From Octopus vulgaris (taxonomy: Eukaryota), in the NCBI GenBank assembly GCA_951406725.2, contig OX597825.1, positions 13,020,001 through 13,084,000 on the forward strand: a DNA stretch of 64,000 bases, read 5' to 3'. The translations under genes were made by a program, and so were the position numbers. Shown in pieces: positions 53,459-64,000 of this stretch. Under the pieces are notes generated by a model. The model had not been told where the DNA came from. It searched no databases and saw only the letters and a program-made list of their open reading frames with translations. Numbering within the stretch: the stretch's first letter is position 1; each line of letters opens with the position of its first letter.

Positions 53459-53471
53459 TAGTGATATCAAA

Positions 53472-53726
53472 GATGCAAGTTGGCAGAATCGGTAGCACGC
53501 CGAGCGAAATGCTTATCGGTATTTCGTCTGCCGTTACGTTCTGAGTTCAAATTCTGCCGAGGTCGACTTTGCCTTTCATCCTTTCGGGGTCGATTAAATA
53601 AGTACCAGATACGCACTGAGGTCGATATAATCGACTTAATCCGTTTGTCTGTCCTTGTTTGTTCTCTCTGTGTTTAGCCCCTTGTGGGTAGTAAAGAAAT
53701 AGGTATTTCGTCTGCCGTTATGTTCT
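53472..53726 (+). mobile_element. SINE family A
   Basis: Head plus unit, then AAAGAAATAG|GTATTTCGTCTGCCGTTA restart. Confidence 0.9.
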
Positions 53727-53782
53727 CTCACTATGTAGCCATAGTGGGTTACACCATGGTTCCTCTGCTTTGATGTAGAAAT

Positions 53783-53961
53783 AGGAAGAAAGAGTGAGAG
53801 AAAGTTGTGGAAAGTGTACAGCGGGGTTCACCACCAACCCCTGCCGAGCCTCGTGGACCTTAGATGATTTGGTCAATAAACACTCACAATGCACGGTCTG
53901 GGAATCGAAACCGCGTTCTTACGACCGCGAGTCCGCCGCCCTAACCACTGGGCCATTGCGT
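53783..53961 (-). mobile_element. SINE family C 5' part
   Basis: Minus strand TGGCCCAGTGGTTAGGGCGGCGGACTCGCGGTCG...GGTTTCGATTCCC. Confidence 0.85.
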
Positions 53962-54477
53962 TTTCACGCTGATGGTGTTGTCGTTGCGCTGCTGTTCTCA
54001 ATATATCCGATATGATCCAGCAACATGGAGACTGTCGTGATTAACAGGTACGTGGTTGAGCAGCTAAAGTATCGATTCTCTTCTTTTCCAAACCAAAATC
54101 TCTCACTCGTCTTCTCTCTTTCTTTCCTTACGTCGCTCTTATACCCTCTCATTCTCCCTGTTCTTCCCCTCTGTCTCTGTCTCTGTCTATCTATCTATCT
54201 GTCTCTCTCTCTCTCTCATGCATACACACGACACATGCGTACACACGCTCCTGTCTCACCTTCGTTATTCCGTCATGACACAACAATGCCGGAGGCTACA
54301 AACCATTTTTTTCTCTTCAGTTATCTGCTAAAAGAGGAACTGAAGTCTTCTCCCTAAATAATATATTTACCAGTCTATATTTAATCGTTGTCACGAAAGT
54401 CATCCTACCTCCGCCACAACATGATTGAAAAATAGAAGAAGAAAAATAATTAATACGACAGATTCAACAAACATACG

Positions 54478-54529
<52 letters not shown>

Positions 54530-54584
54530 AGTGTGTGCGTGCGTGTGCGCGGCATATGTGCTTCTATGTGTCTGTCTGTATGTA

Positions 54585-54637
<53 letters not shown>

Positions 54638-54737
54638 GAAAATGCACATATATATGTATATGTGTGCCTGTGTAAGTGTGTATGTGTGTATATACACATA
54701 CAGAGAGAGAGAGAAAATGAAACATTGCGAATGGAAG

Positions 54738-54818
<81 letters not shown>

Positions 54819-55298
54819 CACTCGCTTTCTCTAAGAGACAAATAGCTCCAAAAACAAATTGCAACAGACATACGTAAGACTAGTAACGATAATGATGACT
54901 GTTATGATGATGACATAGAAGAAGGAGAAGGAGGAGAAGAAGAAGAAGAAGAAGAAGAAGAAGAAGAAGAAGAAGAAGAAGAAGAAGAAGAAGAAGAAGA
55001 AGAAGAAGAAGAAGAAGAAGAAGGACGTGTATGGTTGAAGAGCATGTGATGGGGAGGAGGAGGAGATGGAGGAGGGTAACGGGAATACTTTTGGGAGGTG
55101 GTGGTGATTACGACACACCTAAAGAAGCCAATGAAAAACGCTTCTACATAATACCTTAACCAGCGTTCTCCAGAATTCCTGAAAGTATGGCGCAAGCCCT
55201 TACAATGGATTCTGGCAATGTTTTGATGGTGCGAGGGAATTCAGAAAGATCTTAGCAACGTTAGAAGTTGGGATCTTAAATGGAAACTATCGAAGCAC

Positions 55299-55702
<404 letters not shown>

Positions 55703-56675
55703 GATATTTAATTTTCTAATCTTGTATAGCACCATTTTTTTTTTATCAATGTCCTATTTCGGACATATTTAGATAAACTCTGCTCGGTATGTGAGGTTTA
55801 AGGTAAAATATTGGAACCAGTGAAACTGGTCATAGAAATGTATTAAGTTGTTCGTGTGCCAGCTTAAGGTATTTTGGGTATCTATAACAATATATGGCAA
55901 AAAAAAAATGTCAATAGAGCCATTCCTTAGCTCCTGTATTTTATTCGCAAACCTGACAACCATGGCTGTCCACAGGGAAATATAACACAATTGTTTTCAG
56001 CTGACCATATCTCGATATGGATAAATCCACAACCTTTGCACCTCTATAAACTACAATTGTTCCTGAAAGTTGCTTTTTATCTTTTTTACGGTTTGATTGA
56101 AGCGCACCTTCTTCCTACACTTCGATGCTTAGATCGTTCATTCCTTTATGTGTGCCTGTCTGTATGTATGTATATATATTTATATATATATATGTTAATA
56201 AAATATATGCATATATATAAACATATATGTACGTACCTACCTCTACATGTACATATACACGCATATATGTGTACAGGACACCAAAAGGACGTCGAACACA
56301 TAGAGAGACGAAAAACATAGACACAAACCACGGAACAAGACAAGCAAAAAAAAGGAGATACAGGACAATAAGCACAACGAAAAATCCCCTTCTTCAGTCG
56401 CTAAAGTTTCATCTACTAAACGTTTCGAAGGATAAAAGCGAGACGTATACTTCGAATGAAAAATTCCTTCCTGCGAAAAGCAAATCAATTAAAATTCTGA
56501 GATCTTGTCGCAGAGGGGTAAAAAAAGCAAGACGGTAACGACAGTACAAACATATAAACAGTAAAAAATATATATATAAACAGTGGAAAAATAAATATAT
56601 AACAGTGAGAGACAAGACAAGGAGAACAAGATAAGAAGGGCTGTTAACGCCAGACGAAAAAAGTATTGCAAACGC

Positions 56676-56722
<47 letters not shown>

Positions 56723-56728
56723 CATATG

Positions 56729-56770
<42 letters not shown>

Positions 56771-56853
56771 GGTGTTTGTACATATTTGTATATACATATA
56801 TGTGTATGTATATAAATATGTATATATATATGTATGTATGTATGTATATGTTA

Positions 56854-56920
<67 letters not shown>

Positions 56921-56922
<2 letters not shown>

Positions 56923-57096
56923 GGAGAATTCACGAAAAAACAAAAGACGAAGACAGGTGGTGTAGAAAACAAACAGATGTGTTAGTATAACCCTCAGGAA
57001 TTGAAAAAGTCTTTTACGTTTCGAGCCTACGCTCTTCCACAGAAAGGAACACAGAAAGAAACAAGGAGAGAAAAAAAGTGTAGTGGCTACCGATCT

Positions 57097-57098
<2 letters not shown>
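56921..57098 (-). mobile_element. Hammerhead-like repeat, CTGTGGA subfamily, in (TA)n
   Basis: Minus strand CTTT-CTGTGGA-A-GAGC gtag GCTC-GAAA-CGTA-AAAG (57011-57046). Confidence 0.8.
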
Positions 57099-57139
<41 letters not shown>

Positions 57140-58122
57140 TCTGTATGTATGTATATAAGTATATATATATATATTGTATATCTTACTTATCAGTGAATTG
57201 TTTTTAGCCAACACTATATGTTACAATGAATGTAAACAATATGTCAACAAAATGAAGTCTATACACAGGTGTATTATTGTTTATATTCCTGGTAACATAG
57301 AGTGTGAATTAAAATGTTGCACCTATAAATATATTCTTCAGAAGAGGATAACAAGGTAAGCCTGAGTACATTGATAGACATCTCGGTCCCTTCTGTCTAG
57401 ATCAATTGAATAATTTCTGGACGAAAGACAAATCAGTTATCGTGATGGAAGCGCCTAGAGCTTATGCATCGAAATATGCATAACGTTGGATACGAACAAA
57501 CAAATTTGTTTTGTTTTGCTCGCTGGTTATTTTTACACACTGTATAACAATATTATTGGTATACTTTGTTGCATTCGGTTTGAGAAAACAAATAAGCATG
57601 GACAAATATATATATATATAAATATACAGCATATCACAAATATATCTCCGATCCGAAAAAAATATCAATTCTGTGTGTGCTACAATTTCTTCGCAAAATA
57701 TATTCAATCGACTTATTTGTATTCCACACCAGTCATCAGATATTACAATAAAATATTTCACAGCAAAGTCGACTGACATTAAACAGAAGACATGAAGGAT
57801 CAACCAGTCCCAGAAGCGAGTTTGGAGCCACTATTGAGTCATGCGTTAAGCTAGAAAGAACAACTGAATCTCCGCCGAGCTGCATTTGACAATATCAAAA
57901 TTTAAATGATAAATTTGGCAATATAATCATAGATAATCTTATGAATACCAAATAGTTATACCTAGAATGTTCTTCATTATAGCTTTGGTTCATTAGGGAA
58001 TACTTGGAATTAAAATTTAAGATGAAGATTACAAAGAAAATTAGATGCAATATTCCCAGTAAACAAGACAGTTCATTTTTCCTGAGCGTAAAGATTTACT
58101 CAGAAATGTATAGAGAAAGTTC

Positions 58123-58300
58123 GTGGAAGTAAAATTTAAATATAACAACCATCTTTCTGCCTTTAGGCAACCCGAGAAGAGATATACAACTGCCTTCTTG
58201 ATATTAATCAGGAGATTTGAGGACGAGAAAATCGATAGCAACATAAAACAGAAGATCTTGTCTAAGACATTTCAAAAGAACGTTAAAGGACAGTATGAAT
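58123..58300 (+). mobile_element. Penelope-like GIY-YIG fragment (decayed)
   Basis: KFKYNNHLSAFRQPEKRYTTAFLILIRRFEDEKIDSNIKQKILSK parallels R..NH..SF......T.LS..I..LK....I.WKIL. Confidence 0.6.
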
Positions 58301-58324
58301 ACCAGAAGCGAGATATTCTCTCCC

Positions 58325-58843
58325 TGTCCGCAAGCCAGTGGAGATTGTGGCTCGTTGATTTTTGCTTTTGTCACTTCAAGCATGCGGAACCCATGCTCCA
58401 TACGTCTGAACCTTTCCCATCGAGTGAAGATGCTTTTCTATAGCTGTGTTGGACAATTCCATTTTCTCTGGCATTTCCCTTGTTGTTTGTCGAGAATTTT
58501 CGTGCAGAAGTTGGTTTAATCGCTCTTCATCAAACTCAACTGGATGGCCTGAACGAGGTGCGTCTTTGAGGTCAAAATTTCCATTTTCGAACTTGACAGT
58601 CCAATCACGAGCGGTTCATTCAGCTATGGTACACTCTCCATACACAGTACAAATGCCGCGAGCAGCTTTTGCGACCATAGAACCTTGATTAAAATAAAAA
58701 AGGAGGTGTCGAAAATGCTCATTTTTCTTAACTAAAATTAACTAGAAAAAAAAAAGATTCTAAAATGATTAAAAAATAGAATTCTTGCAAATAATAGACT
58801 CCAAAATTTAAAAAATACGACGGGAACTTAGTTGTCAACCCGA
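58325..58843 (-). mobile_element. mariner 5' half (TIR and transposase N-terminus)
   Basis: TIR TA-TCGGGTTGACAACTAAGTTCCCG; EHFRHLLFYFNQG...FENGNFDLKDAPRSGHPVEFDEERL...RQTTREM...GAWVPHA* with stops. Confidence 0.88.
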
Positions 58844-58874
58844 TATATGTGTGTTCGTCTGTGTGTTTGGGTAC

Positions 58875-58914
<40 letters not shown>

Positions 58915-58959
58915 GTATAAATGATATCTGTCTATGTCTGTGTATATGAATATATGTGT

Positions 58960-59007
<48 letters not shown>

Positions 59008-59436
59008 TGATAGATAGATAGATTTTTATTGCATTTCTTCGTGAGAAAAATCCAATGTTTGCAATGCGTGGTGGGCCATTTCTATCACAGTTCTAAACGG
59101 GCCCCTCCCCCTTTAGTACCAGAAAATTCTTCCTTCAAAACAAATCCAAGACGAAAAGCGTGAAATAAAATAAGAAGTTTAAGAAAATACAATAATAAAC
59201 AAAAGTTTTGAAAAGAGAAACATAGCAGGAAAAGGGCAAATAAATAGGGCAGTTCTAACTGTGGGGTTTCCATATGTTTGAATGTGTGGTAATTGGGACA
59301 GCCGAAAATTGTGTCAAGCAGGAGTGCCAGAGAGATGGGAACGAGTTCAAAATTCAGCACCGTCGCAGAAATGACACTCAGAAAAGTATGTCAAATATTC
59401 GACACTTTACGGTATTCATAGATGTCACCACTCGCC

Positions 59437-59478
<42 letters not shown>

Positions 59479-59501
59479 TGGTAGTAGTAGTAGTAGTAGT
59501 G

Positions 59502-59533
<32 letters not shown>

Positions 59534-59771
59534 TGCTGTTGTTGTTGAAGGGATAACCTTGATATTTCTGAGAGGTTTGTCTTACACTTTCTTTCTTCCT
59601 TTCTTTCTCCCTCCTTCTCTCTATCTTTCTTTCCCCCTCTCTTTTCCTTCCCACACAAACCAATCAAATACTATATTTGCTAAGTTTATACAAACTCACA
59701 CGAACTTATGACATCAGTGATGCATGCACGTACACACTCACACATACGTAGTTACAGAGACACACAGACAC

Positions 59772-59808
<37 letters not shown>

Positions 59809-59939
59809 TAGACAGATAATTAAATAGACAGATACGTACATAGATACATTCATACATACATGCATTCATACCTACATATATTCAAACTTATATACATATA
59901 CATATAGAGGTATGTATGTAAATTCACACACACACGTCA

Positions 59940-60135
59940 TGTTAGACCGTTAATCTCTACACATCTTTACCTGTCTTTTCTTTCTTTCTCCTTTTATTCC
60001 TCTCCACTTTTCCTGTCGAAGATGGTAGGCTTCAGTCGTCAAACATTTTTCCTATCTTGTCTAGCGTCAAACTAATACACCTGTTTGTTGTTCCCTCACC
60101 TGTCTTTGTCTTTTGTTTTCTGTTAATTTGAACTA
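59940..60135 (+). mobile_element. Degenerate copy of the CTGTGGA-type repeat
   Basis: ACTAATACAC.TGTTTGTTG...CACCTGTCTT.GTCTTTTGTT matches 25165-25212. Confidence 0.55.
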
Positions 60136-60164
60136 TAAATGTATATATGTGTATGTGTGCGTGT

Positions 60165-60310
60165 GTCTGCCCAATTTTGAACCGTAGGTAAAGCTGGAAC
60201 GTTGTCACCTAATGTTGCAACCATGTCAGCCTGAATGTCTTGGGAATGGAGGCTAAACTCTTGTACTGCACGTATTTGATAACAGCGCAAAGCCAAATCT
60301 TGTTCATTTT
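60165..60310 (-). mobile_element. mariner transposase HTH fragment
   Basis: [36 protein letters not shown]. Confidence 0.65.
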
Positions 60311-60411
60311 CAAGTGAAGTCACTTCTAGTTAATTTGGACGTTCTTTTTGATCATACATACATAGATACATACATACATACATACATATCTATCTATCTC
60401 TCTCTCTCTCT

Positions 60412-60504
<93 letters not shown>

Positions 60505-60769
60505 CATATATATATGATGGCCGTCAACTCGTGACCGAAGAAGACCATTGGTAACCTTTAGGAACATTGTGTGCTCTAGGACTAACTTATATTATGAAAT
60601 TGCGGCTTCATTGGTGACTAATTAGTCCTGCTCTTGACAAGCATACACGACAAAAAACAAAAAATCATGCAGTTATTAACAGAGTCGAAACTTCGTAGCT
60701 CTAGCATCACTCTTTCATAGTGAGCCTACGAACTTTTCAACCCACCATCATGTCTTTACTGAGAGTCCC

Positions 60770-61101
60770 TACGGTCATGACTGACCATGGGCTTGCACCT
60801 AGAAAGTTACCCTCCCAGGCATAAGTCCGGGCAAGTTTGTTTATGGAAGACCAGTAGTCGTCCATGCATACCGGCCTCCCCTCTCCACGCCATTAGTGTT
60901 ATCAAAGGGAAAGGCAAAGGGGCCGATACAGCTTGGCACCTGTGACGTCGCAACTCATTTCTACAGCTGAGTGAACTGGAGCATCGTGAAATAAAGTGTC
61001 TTGCTCCAGAACGCAACACAACACGCAGCCCGGTCCGGGATGTGAACACACAACGTCTCGATCGTAAGATCGACGCTCTAACCACTGAGCCATGTGCCTT
61101 C
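60770..61101 (-). mobile_element. tRNA-derived SINE with CORE-like domain
   Basis: Minus strand TGGCTCAGTGGTTAGAGCG...GTTCACATCCC...GAGCAAGACACTTT...CCAGTTCACTCAGCTGTAGAAATGAGT; head repeated at 61480-61520. Confidence 0.85.
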
Positions 61102-61282
61102 ACTAAAAAAAATATCTCATATCCTACAGAAATATGTGTAAAGTTGCGATATTTATTCTGATACTCAACATTCCGGTTTCAAATACCACCAACAACAAAG
61201 AAGCATCCAGAAGAACTGTTTTCAGTCAGGGTGCACATGAACTTTTGAGGTTCCATGTAAGATATTTTGTTAAAATTTATTT

Positions 61283-61443
61283 AGGCGCAGGTGGCTGAGT
61301 GGTAAGTAGCTTGCTTACGAACCACATGTCTCGAGTTCAGTCACAATGCGTGGCATTTGGTCAAGTGTCTTCTACTATAACCTCGGGCCGACCAAAGCCT
61401 TGTGAGTGAATTTGGTAGACGGAAACTGAAAGAAGCCCGTCGT
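61283..61443 (+). mobile_element. SINE family B 5' half
   Basis: AGGCGCAGGTGGCTGAGTGGTAAGTAGCTTGC...GGAAACTGAAAGAAGCCCGTCG. Confidence 0.85.
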
Positions 61444-62411
61444 ATATATATATATGTGTACACATATATATATATATATCGTAAGCTCGACGCTCTAACC
61501 ACTGAGCCATGTGTCTTCACATATATGTGTATATAAATGTATATGTTATACAATGTACATTCATACAAGCAAATATATATATATGTGTATGTGTGTGTAT
61601 GTGTGCATGAATGCTTCTATGTATGTATAGGTGCTTATGCACGCAATTTCAGGTTGTCTTACATGTTTATTGTATCGTTTGTGTTTGTTTACACAGAATG
61701 TATAAAGCTCGAAGGTTTTGTGTTCTGCTATTGTACCCAAATGTTTGCGTACACAAGTTGTCATTGTCACCGTATTCTACTAATACAATCTATTTCTATC
61801 ATAGCAATTCTTTGCATGCGTCGTATAAAAACTGACTCCACTAAAAAGAAACAAAAAAAAAACAAAGTAGTTTTTATTCGTGATAACATTTTATATTCCG
61901 TATAAAATCAAAGCACTGCGCAGTTATCAGATACTAACATATTTGTTGATATCAAAATGTCTCCGTCAAACAATTAACCGCCTGTTAAAGGGACCGTGTG
62001 GATGTATATAGAAAACAACAAACATATAGTATGTGCGCAGACGAACAAATAATCTAAGTCAACGAGAAGTTATGAGCGCCACACATATATGTAATTCTGT
62101 TGGTGTATACTAGCAGTCTCCGTGCAAATATCAAGGTCATGGTGAAAAGTGTAAGATAGTTCTGTTTTGCATCTGTTACTTGTATCGGTCTTTTGGCAGC
62201 GGCCATGCTTGGGGTCAGCTTTATATGGTTTACACAAGCAAATCGAACCCAGTATATATTCTAAAGTCTATCGGTGTCTTTCGCCAAGCTGCAAAGTTAC
62301 GAGGGGCATAAGCAAATCAACATCGGTTGTCAAGCAGCTCTGTGAGAAATCATAAACACACATATATAGGTTCTCACACATACACATTTACACAAGCAAA
62401 CACACGGCTGC

Positions 62412-62470
<59 letters not shown>

Positions 62471-62717
62471 CCGAAATTGCTAAGATGATCCGGTTCCCGA
62501 CTGAAGATTAGAGGCTTCGAATGTTTTTTTGTGTCGTCTCTTTGTGTGTTTTTCCGTTCTTGTCCCATTTTGTAATTTATATTTAATTTAGATATATATA
62601 TATATATATATATAGTTAATCCAAACATGAAAACACAAAGAGAAAACACAACAACGCGAGGACGTGGAACAAATATAGTATTATTTGGACGCTCAGGAAA
62701 GAAGGGAAGAAGGAGGG

Positions 62718-62751
62718 CTTTACGTTTCGAGCGGAGCTCTTCGTCAGAAAC
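62718..62751 (-). ncRNA. Minimal type I hammerhead ribozyme
   Basis: Minus strand GTTT-CTGACGA-A-GAGC tcc GCTC-GAAA-C-GTA-AAGC. Confidence 0.75.
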
Positions 62752-62854
62752 ATAGGATAAGGTAAGATGGAGGAAAAAAATGTGACCGCGTGTGTACCGT
62801 TGGCGATTTTTTTTTTCCTCCGTCTTCCCTTCTCTGGATCTTTCCTTTTCCTAT

Positions 62855-62889
62855 GTTTCTGATGAAGAGCTCCGCTCGAAACGTAAAAC
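62855..62889 (+). ncRNA. Minimal type I hammerhead ribozyme
   Basis: GTTT-CTGATGA-A-GAGC tcc GCTC-GAAA-C-GTA-AAAC. Confidence 0.8.
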
Positions 62890-63077
62890 CCTCCTTCTTC
62901 CCTTCCTTCTAGAGCGTCCAAATAATACTATATTTGTTCCACGTCCTCGCGTTGTTGTGTTTTTTCTTTGTGTTTTCAAGTTTGGATTAACTTCATTCAA
63001 AATGTGACCGCGTGTGTACCGGCGGCGATTTTTTTTTCCTCTGTCTTCCCTCTTCTCTGGATCTTTCCTTTTCCTAT

Positions 63078-63112
63078 GTTTCTGACGAAGAGCTCTGCTC
63101 GAAACGTTAATC
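63078..63112 (+). ncRNA. Minimal type I hammerhead ribozyme
   Basis: GTTT-CTGACGA-A-GAGC tct GCTC-GAAA-C-GTT-AATC. Confidence 0.7.
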
Positions 63113-63463
63113 CCTCCTTCTTCTCATCCTTCCTGAGCGTCCAAAGAATACTATATTTGTTCCACGTCCTCGCGTTGTTGTGTTTTCTCTTTGTGTTTTC
63201 ATGTTTGGATTAACTATATATATATAACTCCCAGTTCCATGCGTGTTGAATGGCCGTTGTTTTTAAATAAAACGAAATGATGTAAGGAGAGCGAGATAAT
63301 TGAAGTCTGCTTTATGGTCAGCGTGGTTAATACAAAACTAGTTTCACGTTCAATGGAAATAAATTTGATTTAATCTAAATAAGTACAAACTACGATATTC
63401 AGTTGTATATTCCATATTTTGTGAGAAAATATGCATAGCTTTAAAATATATTTATCTTCGATC

Positions 63464-63600
63464 TATGCACATCGATTCGTGATTCAAGATATACAATATT
63501 TTAAAATAATAGAAGAGAGAGAAGTCGTGCTTCTTCGTTCTTAGTCGAACACGCTTCAGTGACAGATTACAAGCGTGTTTGACTATGAAAGAAAAGCATG

Positions 63601-63636
<36 letters not shown>

Positions 63637-63675
63637 CTATTTTAAAATATTGTATATTACGAATCGATGTGGATA
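63464..63675. repeat. ~210-bp foldback inverted repeat (MITE-like)
   Basis: CACATCGATTCGT..ATATACAATATTTTAAAATA..AGAGAAGTC.TGCTT..TAGTC.AACACGCTT mirrored around a 14-nt loop. Confidence 0.8.
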
Positions 63676-64000
63676 AATGGAGGACACTCTGCTAACTAGC
63701 TGTCTCATTTAATTACACACACACACGCACACGTGTACAAATGTACACACTCATGCATACACACGCAAACAGGCAGACACATTTAGACACATAAATCGGT
63801 GCGCGTGTGTCTGTGGTTTTATGCGATTTGGTGTACTGTACTATGGCCGTTTGTCAATTACACATTGATAATGTAAGTACTGAGGCAGAAATCATTACTA
63901 GAATCGATACGCTTGACTAAATACTCGAAGGTTGTGCCTCTTGTAAAACAGTAAATGAATAACAGGAGGAATACATATATATATATATATATATATATAT

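Larger units (their letters stand above)
62614..63215 (+). mobile_element. Retrozyme-like array: inverted partial unit plus two tandem 222-bp hammerhead units, in (TA)n
   Basis: TGTGACCGCGTGTGTACC starts at 62781 and 63003; 62614-62779 is the reverse complement of the unit's 3' part. Confidence 0.9.

Noticed and set aside
57400-57490. GTGATGGA...GCATCGAAATATGC possible decayed ribozyme
   Set aside because: Too degenerate, and no second copy in the window supports it
60530-60700. CCGAAGA-A-GAC...GTC-GAAA long-stem hammerhead candidate
   Set aside because: Core is mutated and stem I and the cleavage triplet cannot be assigned confidently by eye

Overview
This is AT-rich, microsatellite-saturated eukaryotic non-coding DNA (a gene desert or very large intron). 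The SINE, LINE and microsatellite repertoire resembles octopus (coleoid cephalopod) DNA; that assignment is an inference. No intact host gene, rRNA, true tRNA or CRISPR array is supportable, and nearly all listed ORFs are translated microsatellites. The window holds three or more tRNA-derived SINE families and 3' fragments of CR1/L2-like and RTE-like LINEs. It also has five R4/Dong-like retroelement ends whose 3' ends run into (TAA)n, a 555-bp non-coding element found only in (TAA)n, two Penelope GIY-YIG fragments, and mariner, pogo/Tigger and hAT remnants. The most notable signal is about 14 minimal type I hammerhead-ribozyme-like cores in about 5 small repeat families. These include a 222-bp tandem-plus-inverted retrozyme-like array (62614-63215), a 271-bp tandem unit with a U3-A8 covariant core, and an element combining a tRNA-like Pol III head, (TAA)n, a hammerhead and a Penelope-style inverted end (41861-42278 and 55299-55702). 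All structures were read by eye; none was folded or searched computationally.
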